Below are positions 10,119 to 23,272 of a stretch of DNA of 64,000 bases, piece after piece. Source of the DNA: Flectonema sp. DT1601. Lineage: Eukaryota. A program made the position numbers and the translations under genes. The stretch lies in the NCBI GenBank assembly GCA_964019425.1, contig OZ025801.1:1178001-1242000 (forward strand), written 5' to 3'. Numbering within the stretch: position 1 is the stretch's first letter; the number at the start of each line of letters is the position of its first letter. The notes under the pieces are model-generated. The model saw nothing but the letters and a program-made list of their open reading frames with translations, had not been told where the DNA came from and did not search any database.

Positions 10119-13100
10119 ATGTCGCAGCGAGCTCTGTGTCTGTTGGGTCAATGTGACGAACCCGACATGCCTTATTGTAAAATGACTGGCGAACCGCACG
10201 TCGCTGCAGCACATCCGATACTGCGGCCTATAGACGTTCCGGTTGACATTCAGGCCAGGACCAATGAACTTAGAGACGAGCTGAAGAAGAGAAAAGAAGA
10301 ACACGCGATTCTGGAGCAAAAAGCAGCCAACCAATCGAATTGGGCAGAGATGATACTTGCCAGGTTTCGTGAGAAACAAACAAGTGGTGGAAGTAATCAA
10401 TCAAAAAATGGGCCTCGAAAGACACCAACAACCCAGACAGCCAGGGGAAAGTATCGACAACCTACGATGGACATTTTGAACGAGAGGAAGGAGAGTATTC
10501 GGACTCCCTCTGGGGCTCCCCCACCGCCACCGTCATCGAGAAGTGTTTCGATTATGACTTCCTCAGCAGGTCCTTCTGCTAGTTTGGTGGGTGGTGGAAA
10601 TAGTTCGACTTCTCCAATTCAACAAATTCCGACTGACTTTGCGAAAAAGCAATCTGTTTTGGACCCAGCACCGCCACCAATATCGCGCGTTAACAACTTC
10701 TGGCAGTCGCTGAAAGATGCTGTCTCAGGCCCTACGTCTATTGCCACCTCGGGGCATCTCTGTACCGTAAGCTGCGAAGGCCATGAACCGCTGGTTATTA
10801 ACGAAGGGTTTTTTAAGTCGTTCATAGCAGTTTGGAAGTCCCTAAAGGGGGATTCAATACCAAATGTGACTGTAAAATTATTCGAGGAGCCTGGCAAACC
10901 CAAGACGGACAATCCAAATAATGGAACCAATGTGTCGATGTCTCTGGTGAAAGAAGTAGCACCCGTACAGCAATGGGATGTCGCGAGTTATAAACAGTCA
11001 GCTTCCAAGAAAACAGACGGACTTGAAGTGGGCAACAGTAACAAAGGTGATGTGGTGTTAGCAAGAGTTTCGAAGCTTGAAGAAGTGATGCAACAACAGC
11101 ATCTCCAAAGTAGTAGCCGTCGTCACAGCTCCTTCCCAACCAAACCATCACAATATTCAAAACTCGGTGCTGAACTCAAAGCAGGTACAGCTGACCGACT
11201 TTCAAAATTGGAGGAGAATATGACGAGCACCCACAACAAGTTGCAGCGGACGACAAGCGCGAGGGCGAATCAACAAATACAAAAGGATTCCAGAAGCAAA
11301 CATTCGATGTCAGCTCTCGAAAGGATAACTGCGTTGGAGGACTCGTTGCTTGGGGAAGGAGTCGAAAAGAACCATTTCGATGTCACCCCAATCGCCTTGT
11401 CTAAAAGTGATATAAATAACAACAACGATGAAGTTCTTGAGCGCCTGTCCAGGTTGGAAGCATCGATGGTTCCCAACATGCAATCAATGTCCCCCCAGAC
11501 AGCTGACATAGAAAGTGTTGTTCTTGAGAAACTCACAAATTTAGAAATGAGTGTTCAACACATGGCATCTGATAAGCGCGCTGGTAGCTCTTCTGGTCAG
11601 AATAGCAGCAGTGCTTCTGTCTTACACCGACGTCGATTTGGACAAGAATTAGTTAATCGGATTTCGAAAATCGAAAACAACATACAGGAGAAGAATCACC
11701 GTGACTCGTTTAGTTCTCCTCCCGAAGACATCGAGAATCGCATTAATGCCATCGAGCGCTCTATTCTGACAGAGCGAGGTCAGCGAAAAGAAAATATCCA
11801 CCCGATGGTTGCGGACATCTTCCAAACTGAAGCATCTGATCGGATCGATAAACTGGAGAAGATATTAATTCACGAGCAGCAAGCTCGTTTGTCTCTCGAA
11901 TCGGAAATGGCTCGCGTGAAACAGTCACAGCCACGACAAGCTAATCCGGCAGTAGAAGCATTGCGTGTGCAACTGGCAGAGGCGCAGTCTCGGGCACTGT
12001 TTGCAGAGAGAGAGCTGGCTGTATTACAAAAGACAGAAGAACAGATTAGACCCCTTCAAAACAGTACAGCGGGAGATGTCAGGAATGTACCGAATATACA
12101 AGTTGGTGTTCAGGATGTATTAAGTCAGCTATTTGGACTCGTTGAGCAAAACAAATCTCTCCCTCTGCCGACAACGTCTACTGGGACGGATCTGTTAAGA
12201 ACGAATGAAAAATTACAACTTAGTCAACGAGTCCCTCTTCAGTTTCAGAGAGTTTCACCACCTCGACAACAGCCCACTTCAGCCGATGCCATTTCCCCTC
12301 AGCAGGGTCTTTGCATCAGCGACAACGACTTTCCTCCACTTCAACAGGGACACGGATTCTCTCCCGAAAGAAAGCCTAGCCTACACGAAACTGTTCCCAA
12401 CAACAACGTTGCAGAATATAATGATCCTAACTATTACACTAACGAGCATCAGGTTAATTTCTTACACGGAGATGCTATACCGACCGGGGTAACGACATTC
12501 GCTGCGGAGTTTGAATTGCCGCAGTCGGGTACCCCACGAGCTGGTCAGACCTTATTAAATGAAGTGAACACTCCCCCATCACATGCGCACGGAGGTGCGT
12601 TTACAACTCCGCAGCAAGCAGTCGGCGGATATTTAAATAATACTCCTCCTGCGTATACGACTGGTGGCGGGTTACAACAAGTTGGTCTTCCCCAGCAGTT
12701 AGCTGCAAGTTCCCTTCCTACTAACCAGACTGCTCATTATCGCGGGTTCGCTACCCCACAAAAATTAAGTTCCTTGGCTGCTGGTGCAACTAACGGTGTC
12801 TTACCAGCAGCTGTTTCTGATGTCAGAAGTGGTCCGATAAATGACTTTATTCCAACTACTAGTGTATCTAATGGAGGTTACTATGTTAATTGTCACCCTG
12901 CGTCAGTCGAAACCAATCGGGTGTCCCCTAATCGGGCTCGTTACGTCGTTCCAGCCGAAAATTTGCAGCAAATCAACCCAGGGGCGATCCTCTCTGTGCC
13001 GCTTGAGGAGGTCATCACTTCAGATAGACCTCCGAGAGCACTCTCTCCCCCGCGGCCAGTCATTTCTCACTCTCTTGAGATGCCGCCGCCGTTAAGAAGT

Positions 13101-13952
13101 TTGAGCGAACAGCAACTTGCTCAGCAACTTCAACAGCCGCAACAAAATAATTCTGATTCGGAGGTATTTCATTTTATATTTGAGTCTCTTCTTGAGAATA
13201 TTAATAATGTTTCTTTTAAATAGTATTCAGGCACTTCTTTCTCTATGTGAGAAGGGCGTGCAAGCAGATGTTAATTTTAAAAACACAAACTAAAACAGAC
13301 CCAGCGACTGATTGGGAAGGTTCGTCTACTGGAGTCAAAAATGTTGGCACTAGCACAGCAAGGCGGTGGGCAGATGAGTCCCGATAGGGGAATAGGAAAT
13401 AACCAACAGCTTCCTTTTGTGTCGCACTACGACGTCGTCGAGAGCCAGCAACAACAGGAACACCTCCAACACCACCAGGAACAACTTCAGCAGCAACAAC
13501 ACCAACACCAAGAGCATCTTCAGCAGCAACAGCAGCATCACCTTTTGCAGCAGCATTTGCAACAGCAGATGCTCCTACAGCAACCACCGCCACCTCCCTC
13601 TTCTAACACGCATCGTACAAATGACCCGCTGTCGGTTCCATCTGATAACGAAAGTGACGGGAAATCAATTAACACGGTTGACCTCGAGCAGGATGTTCTT
13701 CAACAGGGAAACACTTCAGCACCTGATGTGTCGATAATTCATCCGATACACTCACAAGTTGCTGAAGATGATGTTGATGAGGATGAAGTGCAGACGGATG
13801 AAGCTGCAGGCAGGTTAGCGCAGCTCTCCGAACAAGTGGAGCAAATGATGGTGAGCTGCGGTGTTCAATCGACCGAAGGCGTCTCTCTGGGACTTGACGA
13901 AACAACTGCCAGAAGTCCTTCTTCTGGATCTTCAAGAAAGAAGTTTTGGTAA
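10119..13952 (+). CDS. Large low-complexity/coiled-coil protein of unknown function, 2 exons (10119-13163, 13299-13952)
   Basis: Phase-0 intron 13164-13298 (GAG|GTATTT...CTAAAACAG|ACC) joins the 1034-aa ORF in frame to the Gln/His-rich 13341-13952 ORF. Confidence 0.75.
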
Positions 13953-14573
13953 CTACTTTCTGATATGATTGCAGTCTGAATTCCACCTCTCGCAAATATA
14001 AGATCGACAGATTCATCGCGAGATGGTTGTCTGACTTTGGGCGACTAAATGCTCAATAATAGCCGTCGTCGGAACCCTACCGAAAAGTAATTGTTTTAGC
14101 AAAAAAAAAGAATCGTTTTTCATGTCAAATGAAGTATAAAATCGACCCTGCGGCTTGTTCGCGCCTTCTATTTTAACCTGTACACAGACCGTGTTGTAAG
14201 GGAAAAGAAGAAAAAAAAAAGCAATTAGTCCATTGACCAATATTAGAATTCAAAAATACAAGAAAAAAGAAAAGAATCAACCAAAAAAAAATAAATAAAG
14301 AGGAATAATCGAACAACCCAATTACCTTTTTATGAATAGATTTATATTCTTAGTAGATAAAGTGGTCATCACTCATCTGCACTTCCTTAGATACCCATGT
14401 TGACACTACCGTGAGCAGTATTAGTTTATCAAAGATTAAATAATTATTCTATACAGGGAATTGAACTAAACGAGCCGTGATTAAATATGATGCTGTTTGA
14501 GAAAGAGAAGCGAAATTAGTAATCAAAAGGGAGTATTCAGACCAGTACTTCCCCCTCCTTCAGTCCACAGAAC

Positions 14574-17156
14574 ATGCGGAGGAGCCGTCTCCTCCGATGT
14601 CTCAGAAGTGGACTCACGAGATTGAATGTAATGAAAGTAGATTCTACTAACTTCGAGACAGCGTTTGATCACATGAAGAAGTCTCTCAAGAAAGGATCAT
14701 TTGTTGGGATTGATTGCGAGTTCTCAGGAACTCCTGAAGTCACTGCTGTACCCAGACCAGATGTTATTTATAAAAATTATAAAACTTTCTGTGAGAACCA
14801 CGTCGTTACTCAAGTTGGAATAGCAATTCTTGACGAGGACGGGAACAACAGCGTCTACTCAGTTTGTGTGGGGCCAACTGCTAACTCTTTTATGGTTGGG
14901 TCCGTAGCCTTGAAATTTCTCGCTGACAACGACTTTGACCTAAACAAGTGGGTTACAAATGGTATTACAGAACAACAGTTTGAAGTCATCATCGCGGAGG
15001 TTATTTCTGCTCGTCTGACACTCGTTGGGTTTCAGTGTTTTATTGATTTAATGCTTTGCTTTAGACATTTTATTAAACCTTATTCACTACCGGATGACCC
15101 GCAATTATTTCTTTCTGATATTCATGTTGAGATTCCTTCGATTATCGACATCAAACATCTGGTTCGCCAGCAGGGAGGTTTCAGTCTGAAGGCAACTTAC
15201 AACGAGTCCTGTGCCAGTCTGCGGATAACAAATAAAATACACCAGTCCTGTTACAAGGCTCATGATGCTGGTGTCGATGCATACATGACTGCTGTTTGTT
15301 ATTTGCTGTTCATCAAATCGAAACCAAAAGAATTACGAACAGCAATGGAAAACCAATTATTTATTTATGGAGCTCCGTTTGCTTTCCCACTCGGCCAGAG
15401 TCTGAACTACGAAAGCATTCGCGAGGATTATAAAACATGTCGATTCATTAACTGTTCTGTCACTACGAACTCTCTAATGAGAAACTTCGATGACATTAAA
15501 GAAATCCACTGGCTGGTTAGAAATAGGTCAGCGCTCGTTAAATTCGGTTCTGTAAAATCCGCTGTTGACGCACAGAGTCACAAAAACAGCGATTATGAAG
15601 TCATTGCCTGTGATGTGGAAATTGAGCAGCAACCCTCTTCGGTAAACATGAAAGTATTATCTCAAAAGGTTAAGAGCATCGAATCAAAGAACAAAACACC
15701 ACCTACTCCCCCACGAAGTAGCGGACTGTCAAAACGTAGAAGATCAAATATTCCACCTCCACCAACATCAGAAATAGTCGTCCCCGCACCCGGCCTGCGG
15801 CAAATGTTGCAGCGGAGAAAAGATAGCCGCGAGCTCGCCTCCAAGAAGCAGATTGCCCCCAAGCGCTGGTTTCGATCAAATAAACGCTGTCGAGAGATAG
15901 TACTCTCGAAGTTCCGGAAGGTATTGGAACAAAAAGATTCACAAATTGATTTCTTGAGGAAGGGGATAGAGGAATATAAGCGCAAAGCAACAGCAGTATC
16001 CCCTCAGGAGCTATCGTCAAAACCTCCGCAAACACTCGGAGAGGAAGATATTCTACTCCCACCCGAATCAAAAACAGACCTCCCTGCACCGAGTCTACGA
16101 CAAATGCTACAGCAGAGAGAAGAGCACCTCCGTGAGCTCGTTTCTGAGAAGCAGGTTACCCCCACTGCTGAGGCAAAACGTAAGCGCCGGTTTCGATCAA
16201 AAAAAAGCAGCCGGAAGGTACTCTTGAAGTTCCAAAAAGTTCTAAAACAAAAGGATGGGCAGATCGAAATATTTAATAAAGGAATGGAAGGATACAAACG
16301 CGAGGCAACACTTCTACGAACTGTTGTTGAGGAACTTAGAAAGAAGAAACCCATCACTGTGCGACCTGATTCAGCAGGACCATTACATCCAAAAGAAAAG
16401 TTGAGAGAACACAAAGAAGTGAAGGAATCACACTCGGTGTTGAAGTCATCTGCGGCAGTAAAGGCAGAGTGGGCACCTTCGGAACTTGGGCTATCAACTT
16501 CGAAAGAAATCACACAGAGAAGACGTCGTCTTAGTGATCAGCGGTCTTCATCACCTCCGAAATGGTATGAAACTCAGCCTTCTGATGATGCTGCTGCTGA
16601 AAAGAAGAAGAGATGGCACGAACTGGGACCTCAGCTCAAGAAGCAAAATCCCCGACTTCACGTTGTCAACGGTACGTGGGTAATTTCTAATTTTAATGGA
16701 CCAGCCACAGTAATCCTTGACTGTATAGATATTCGAAGTATTGAAGTACGTGATTGTAGTAATATTCGAATCGTAATTCCAAATTTCCACTCGGCGCTGT
16801 TCCAAAACGCGAATAAAGTTACCATTCAAATCTTTCGATTCGTACCTGTGAAAGGTGAGGAGCAGAAGTCATTTCCAAATAATTTGATGACAACAGAAAT
16901 TAGTTCTGACGTCGGGTACACAAATAGACAATACTACATACCTCGTGATGACGATACCTTCGTTGCTCGTCCTCAGGAGAATAGTAAAAACTCTGAATCT
17001 TCGGCAGGCGGTACGTTCGTTCATCATTTCTCATGCAAAGGTGGTAGTAGGGAAGAGCGGCGGGGTTTCTTTTTTAGTTTGTTTCAAAAATCATCAGACC
17101 CGCATCGGTTCGTACCCTCCAATTGGAGTCTTGGAGATCAGCATCCTCTGAGCTAA
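14574..17156 (+). CDS. PARN/CAF1-family DEDDh poly(A) ribonuclease-like protein with long C-terminal extension
   Basis: Motifs GIDCEFSG, FLADNDFDLNKW, IIDIKHL, HDAGVDAYMT, and an RRM-like EIHWLVRNRSALVKF. Arg-rich N-terminus. Confidence 0.8.
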   Translation: MRRSRLLRCLRSGLTRLNVMKVDSTNFETAFDHMKKSLKKGSFVGIDCEFSGTPEVTAVPRPDVIYKNYKTFCENHVVTQVGIAILDEDGNNSVYSVCVGPTANSFMVGSVALKFLADNDFDLNKWVTNGITEQQFEVIIAEVISARLTLVGFQCFIDLMLCFRHFIKPYSLPDDPQLFLSDIHVEIPSIIDIKHLVRQQGGFSLKATYNESCASLRITNKIHQSCYKAHDAGVDAYMTAVCYLLFIKSKPKELRTAMENQLFIYGAPFAFPLGQSLNYESIREDYKTCRFINCSVTTNSLMRNFDDIKEIHWLVRNRSALVKFGSVKSAVDAQSHKNSDYEVIACDVEIEQQPSSVNMKVLSQKVKSIESKNKTPPTPPRSSGLSKRRRSNIPPPPTSEIVVPAPGLRQMLQRRKDSRELASKKQIAPKRWFRSNKRCREIVLSKFRKVLEQKDSQIDFLRKGIEEYKRKATAVSPQELSSKPPQTLGEEDILLPPESKTDLPAPSLRQMLQQREEHLRELVSEKQVTPTAEAKRKRRFRSKKSSRKVLLKFQKVLKQKDGQIEIFNKGMEGYKREATLLRTVVEELRKKKPITVRPDSAGPLHPKEKLREHKEVKESHSVLKSSAAVKAEWAPSELGLSTSKEITQRRRRLSDQRSSSPPKWYETQPSDDAAAEKKKRWHELGPQLKKQNPRLHVVNGTWVISNFNGPATVILDCIDIRSIEVRDCSNIRIVIPNFHSALFQNANKVTIQIFRFVPVKGEEQKSFPNNLMTTEISSDVGYTNRQYYIPRDDDTFVARPQENSKNSESSAGGTFVHHFSCKGGSREERRGFFFSLFQKSSDPHRFVPSNWSLGDQHPLS

Positions 17157-17518
17157 CTACTGTTGGAAAGGTTGGCTGACATTTGTTTCAATTATCGCTT
17201 TGTATTCCTCTCTACATAATTATACTACCAATACTACGAAGTAGTATTTATGAGCAACTGACTCGAATTCAATTGAAGTTGAATTCCGAGGTCGTCCAAG
17301 TTCCGATGCTCTTTATTGGTCACTCGACTCAAATTAATCCGCAATATGTGTAACTTATATTCACTTTCTCGGATGGTATAAGACTGTCAGCGGCAGACCA
17401 ACTACTGCAGACAACAAAGAGTATGAACAGAATAGAGTGAAAGGTTAAGTAACTGTATTCTATTAACAGGTTAGTTGGGTTTAGAGTGGGCTGCGGCCAC
17501 ACAAAACACAATTAGAAA

Positions 17519-18892
17519 ATGATGAAGTTTACGGGTGCCACGAAGGCAAAGAGTTTGGGAGACGATGATATAAAGAATTTGATGCAGAAAGGAGCTGTCA
17601 AAGAGCCTGAGATACTTCCAGCAAGAGGTTGGATGGAGAAGCAAGCGTCTAAAGGAATTCACATGTGGCAGAAGAGATATTTCGAGTTACAAGTTGGATC
17701 GCTTCGGTATTGGGATACGAGTGATACTTTTCGATCTCATTTGGGATGTTTTAATATTCGAAATGCTACCATCGCGAGAGGAGGTGCCTGTCATTCTAAT
17801 AAAAACAACACGACCAATATTATCGTTATTGAAGGACCATTCATCGGAAGAGTTTTGAGATTGAGATTCCCAACAACACAAGAAGCTGACAGTTTCTACA
17901 CAGCCATCTCTCTCTCAATCGATCTTTCTTCGAAAAGAAAACCTGCAGAACGCACCAACTCAACGCAGCTAATTCCCTCTCCATCTCATAACACTCTCCC
18001 TACCTGTCCTAAACCGGTAAAAACAACTCAAAGTTTACATCAACCCTTAATGGCCTTTACTATTCTAATCGACTCCGATGATATCGACAAGCCGATGAAA
18101 CACTTTTCCGGACTTTCTTATATCAACGCGATGCTGTTCCCGCGTCTGCCCAACCGCGTCCTCGTACTGCGAGCAATAGTACGGCCACCAAAACCAACTT
18201 TGATGCAAACCATTAGACGGACTATTGGAAGTCAGGAGGAGGTGCCTTCTGAAGACGCACTATCGGAAATGCAGAATCGAATTGAAAAGCACTCCGGAAT
18301 CGCTAAGGCTAAACGAATATTCACATCCGAGTGCGTCTCCATTTTAATAGAGAGCGGTTCACCGGAAGGAGAAATCAACTCCTTGCCTCACAGACGGGAT
18401 GAGTTAGTTGTAATGAACATCAGAGAGAAACATAAAACTTTGAAAACCGCCCACGAGATTAATCGATTTTCAAATATCCTCATCACCCCCTCCGCATACC
18501 GCGGGGGTTCCGTAACTGACGGGGGGTCGACGTACTTGTTAGTTTTTGATGGAACAGCTGAAGGGAAACGGGCAGCTATTCTTCTTCGCAATATTGTTGA
18601 CACTCGCGACAAGGTTCTGATTACTCACCCAGTTGGACTCCGAGACCCGACAGTCGCTGCACAGATTGTGTCCTCAGGAGCGAAGAGAGTTCGATCGATT
18701 GACTTCCTCCCTCCGGATTCTGATGTTCCTCTTCATAAATATTTAAAATCCTTGATCGCTCAAAAAACTAGCAACGATCTCAAAGTAAATGTTCTCGTGT
18801 GTGGATCGGTAAACGGCAGTAGTTTTTATCGCGACCTCGTTGATTATTTGATACTAAAGGAACCCGCTGTTGGTATCATTTTAACTGCGTGA
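17519..18892 (+). CDS. PH-domain protein, possibly with a C-terminal universal-stress-protein-like region
   Basis: PH signature RGWMEKQASKGIHMWQKRYFEL...LRYW. C-terminal YLLVFDGTAEGKRAA and VLVCGS are weakly USP(stress)-like. Confidence 0.7.
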   Translation: MMKFTGATKAKSLGDDDIKNLMQKGAVKEPEILPARGWMEKQASKGIHMWQKRYFELQVGSLRYWDTSDTFRSHLGCFNIRNATIARGGACHSNKNNTTNIIVIEGPFIGRVLRLRFPTTQEADSFYTAISLSIDLSSKRKPAERTNSTQLIPSPSHNTLPTCPKPVKTTQSLHQPLMAFTILIDSDDIDKPMKHFSGLSYINAMLFPRLPNRVLVLRAIVRPPKPTLMQTIRRTIGSQEEVPSEDALSEMQNRIEKHSGIAKAKRIFTSECVSILIESGSPEGEINSLPHRRDELVVMNIREKHKTLKTAHEINRFSNILITPSAYRGGSVTDGGSTYLLVFDGTAEGKRAAILLRNIVDTRDKVLITHPVGLRDPTVAAQIVSSGAKRVRSIDFLPPDSDVPLHKYLKSLIAQKTSNDLKVNVLVCGSVNGSSFYRDLVDYLILKEPAVGIILTA

Positions 18893-20562
18893 GAAGCAGT
18901 TTTTTGGGGACTGACAGCAATATTCCATTTCGGTAGAATCGAATGGAACTTACTCATATCGACAGTGAGAGTAATCAAATAGTGAAAGCTGTGCTGTTCT
19001 ATTTGTTTCCTCTGTGGTCACTGTACTCTTGTTGTATATTTCTTATCTTTCCTTCTGTTAAAACCTCGTAATTATAGTACAGGAGAAGGACATTATTATA
19101 ATCATCACCTCCCTCTTTTCTATTTTATTTCTATTTTAGTTAATAATTCTCAACAAGTCTCGTTTTCGAATCGCACCCTTCGATAATCCGAATTGTGAAT
19201 CTGTTTTGTGTGCAGTGGCAGCATTGAAAGCTCCTTGCGTACATTTTAAGTTGCGAATTATAACTCCCTCCTCGTGTATTTTGTGTTAAGTCACTCCACC
19301 AGTACTTCGATAGCAACATGACAGCCTTCTGTTAGTTGAAGAGCATCTCCGGTTGTCATCAATGTGGATCTGACGGGTGGCGATGTCCGCAGACAGTTGG
19401 TAGTGTTTATGTTTGCTTCCCGTATTGGAATTCTTTATTTTATTTTATTTTTTGAAATATCGATTTAAAAAGAAGCATTTAGTTCACGACTTTATACTTT
19501 CTTCTACGCTAATTAATATAAAAATTTTTTTTTCTTTTTTTTGAAATTCGAATTTTTAGCAAACACATAAGAAGTCGATTTTCGAACTGTTTTTTTATTT
19601 TTATTTATTCGTTTCTGTTTTGGCTGATAATTTGTTACGTGCGGAAACTGTAAATTGTTTTCGACTCTTGACCTTCGAATTGCGTTGTTGACACGCAGAG
19701 CTGTTTGATGTGATCGTTTTCTCGTCCAGTCTGCTGACATAGAATTAATAGTGTGATCCAATTAGCTAACCAACCAGCCAACCAACCAACCAACCGTACC
19801 GTTAGTGGTTGGTACGTAGAAACCTTGCTGCCATCACTCACTTTGTACCATTTTCTCTGCTGTTTTGTTTTCGAACTCTTTTTTCTTTTATTTTGTCTCC
19901 CAAAAGTGTGGCATTCAGTTGTCAATATCTCTTTAAATAGGAATCTGAGAGTTGGAGGTAACCTTTTCACGTCATTAGTTATTGATTGAAAATGATGGCT
20001 CCTCAACTTTCTATTTAAGGGAATCACTTTTTTAACAGCAAGTGAGCGTACACAGTTTTAAGGATGTTTATATCCATATTGTGTTTAGTAGAGTTTTCCC
20101 CTTTTTCTCTTTTCCCCCGTTTGCTTTGCTGCCTTCGTAGTTGCATGAACGAGTTAGCAATGTCTCACGTCGTATACTTTTCCTTTTGTTCATTATATTT
20201 GTGGGTTACTAACTTCAAGCCGACGCGGAAAGTGCTACGGCTCTGTGAATTAACTCCACTCCAAGTAACATTGTAGAGACTCAACAGAAGAACTCTCTTT
20301 TGTTTAACACAAAAAGAGATACTTTCTTCAATCGGATGTTTGATACGATTCGATTAGTTGTGAAGAGTTCTTCTGTTTAATAATATGTTTGTGTCAGTTT
20401 TCGGACTAAAGTAAGTGACCTCGCTACTGGTCGCTACTCCACTCGTTCACATGAGTAACTTCTTCGTGTGGACTTCTGTAGACAAATGTCCGACTCTGTC
20501 GGAGTAAAGTTGGAAATCAAAAACTACTTCAACAGATGTTTGGATGATAAAGAAATGAGGAC

Positions 20563-20845
20563 ATGGCGGGTTTAAATCATCTAGAACAGGGTCAGAAGAG
20601 AGCTGTTGGGAGGAAGGCTGAGAGGAAATGTTGGAAAAGTGCGGAAATGCAAACGAGTGGAATGACGTCAATTCCTCAATTAATGCAAATGGATAATCCA
20701 ATTTGGGGACTTGTTGAAGATGAGACTGCAGAACGTCCAACCAAAGCTGATCAGAGAAGTGGGAAGACGATTCGAATCCTTCCACGAAAGCTGCAGCCAA
20801 CTGTTGAAGGCCTCAGTTTGATTCCTATTAGAGCAGATAATAATC

Positions 20846-20883
<38 letters not shown>

Positions 20884-22080
20884 AATAATAATAATAACAA
20901 TAATAGTAATAATAATGTTCATGTTACTTCACAAAGGATAAGTAAACCTGCTGTTACACAACAGCCACAGCACCCACAACAACTAAACGGATCCAACAAC
21001 AACAATTGTGATACTTCTCCGACTGCATCACCTCGACAGTTTACAGTTGGAGAAGTGAGTCGAAGTCAGAATGGGACTTCTGGTAGTCGATTTCGCAAAG
21101 TGAGAGGCCTAAAGGCTGCCGGCTACAGTAGAACTCTACGAGCCCAAACACCCGACCAGTTGATGCGACCTGACGGAAGTAACACCGACATCAACACCAC
21201 CAACAGTAATAATGATATCGAAGGTTACAAAATAAATAATTATCGCGTTGGAAGTACTCAACAGAAATCACCCGACAAACAACTCAAATGGCTTTCGATA
21301 CTCACTTCCGAATCTAATTCTCCTCCAGAACGAGGGTCGGGAGCACCCCCTCTCCCTCCCCTCGTTAATTTGATTCCTCGAGAGCTATTTACTAAAAAGT
21401 TAGTGAAAACGATGTGCTCAGTTCGAACAGCCCCTACGAGGTTTACTTATCCAGCACCTGTTGCAAGTACGGAGCACACGTCCGCTAAAAGATCGACGTC
21501 ACGACAAAAGCTTTACATCACTCAGAAGGGAGCCATCGCAAGAAAAGCTGCTGTTCAGGCAGCTGCCTGTACGGCTGCTGCATTGCTAGCGGTTGGTATT
21601 TGTTGGCATTCACACATTAAAAGGAAGGCCAAGAAAGAAGTGATATCGCACTACATTGGATTCAACTGCCGTAAGAAGCCACCTGCGAAGAATCAAACGA
21701 ATTGGTATCTCGAGAAGTTGATGTTGAGCAGGCTACTGACAGCTGCTGATTTGGAGGGGTGTGATGCTGTAAAGCCTGGGTGTGGAATTCTATCTTTAAT
21801 GAAAGAGGCAGACAGCTCTGAAGTACCCGATTCGCTAAATAGCAACGTCGCTGTTCTCAGAGATGTTATTACAGAAGGTTTACCAATCCCTTCACACTGC
21901 ACTACTTATGATCATTCTGTAGGATCAGCAGCGGAATACACTTCTCGTCTTGCGTTACCTCCTCACTTCTTAGATCCGATGCCTTCTGACCCAACTCCAC
22001 CAACAGATCGATCATATCATGGATTGTTTACAAACAAAGAAATGCAACTTCTTAATAACATTCTCGTCAGGAGTAGGTAG
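20563..22080 (+). CDS. Hypothetical protein with a poly-Asn tract
   Basis: 505-aa ORF on the same strand as its neighbours, with an (AAC/AAT)n tract at ~20840-20915. No recognised domain. Confidence 0.6.
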
Positions 22081-22229
22081 GCAGTTTACTATCTTTTCAA
22101 TTTATTTATTACAACTGACGAAACCTTTTCAGGTTCTCTGCTGCTGGATTTTGAATTAATTTTAATATTTGAGAAAAAGTAAGAAATTACGTTTTTTTCT
22201 CCAGCTATTTACACAACCAAGACTTTGGC

Positions 22230-22559
22230 ATGGCGTACAAGTCCTGTTTTTCAGGCAAGAATTTCGATTCGGTGGTAATGCAGGTATGCCATAGTTAACA
22301 TCACTAGCGATTGTTACGATCGGTAGATACAAATAACACAAAACTATCCAACCAGATGATGGATGCCGTTCATCACCCAGTTGGATGTCATGGAGGTACT
22401 GGTGTTGGTTCTATTGCAGCACACCCTGGGTTATCTCACGGGAAAATTGCTGACCTGTCACACGGCTTGACCGGAACAAAAGCCCCAGGAGGAGGCGGTC
22501 CAGACTTAGCATCCGGCAACACCACGGCTGGAGTTGCACACTCTCAGGCGATTATTTAG
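22230..22559 (+). CDS. Small Gly/His-rich protein, 2 exons (22230-22283, 22356-22559)
   Basis: MAYKSCFSGKNFDSVVMQ|MMDAVHHPVGCHGG... joined by a phase-0 GT-AG intron at 22284-22355 with an A/C-rich acceptor. Confidence 0.55.
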
Positions 22560-22934
22560 TTTGAATACTTCCGATTGCCAGCTAATTAGTCGAAAATAAG
22601 AATTTTAAGAGCACAGCCAAGTTATTAATTCGAATCCGTGCCCCAGTACACAACAAGGACAAACTAAAAGAAAAACGAAAAAAGAAAAAAAGAAACAATC
22701 CGTAAGTATGATAAACGGAACACATAACAGCATCTGACTGAAGTATTCTGTGCGGTACGTTGTGTTGCTACGAGAAGATCTGAATCATATTATTCAGTAA
22801 TAGGTGACCTCAGCTGGTAATCTCGATGATGTACAACAACCCAGTCGCTTGCTGTGATTAACTATATTGCAAGTGGTATTTCAAAAAAAAAATATTATTC
22901 TCAGACTACACGACACACACAAACATTTAATAAA

Positions 22935-23272
22935 ATGCCTCAGTTCTCATGGAAAGAACCTGCAGGATTCCCAGCTGGACTCAAGACTTCCATGACTGGA
23001 GTGAATCTGCTTGGAGCAAACCAGGTATGAGATGGAACACTTCACCTGTCTCAGTGGCATTCCTTTTCTAATAAAGTAAAAATGAAAAAAAACAGGTTGA
23101 AATGGGATCTTGTCGCCCATATATTTACAAGTCAGCTGAGATGGGCGCAGCGAATGGAAGAGGACAGGGCTTCGCCGCTGGGTTCAAGGCGGGTCATGCC
23201 CAAGGTCTGAAAGATGCATCACCAGACATGAGCAGCAATCTGGCTGACGTGGGCGGTGATATGAAGTTCTAG
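22935..23272 (+). CDS. Small Gly-rich protein A, 2 exons (22935-23024, 23096-23272)
   Basis: Spliced product MPQFSWKEPAGFPAGLKTSMTGVNLLGANQ|VEMGSCRPYIYKSAEMG...GHAQGLKDASP. Clear paralog of 23505-23835 with the same intron position. Confidence 0.85.

Noticed and set aside
18900..20500. Short ORFs and an (AACC)n tract in the intergenic region
   Set aside because: Low-complexity, T-rich UTR-like DNA with no coding signal.
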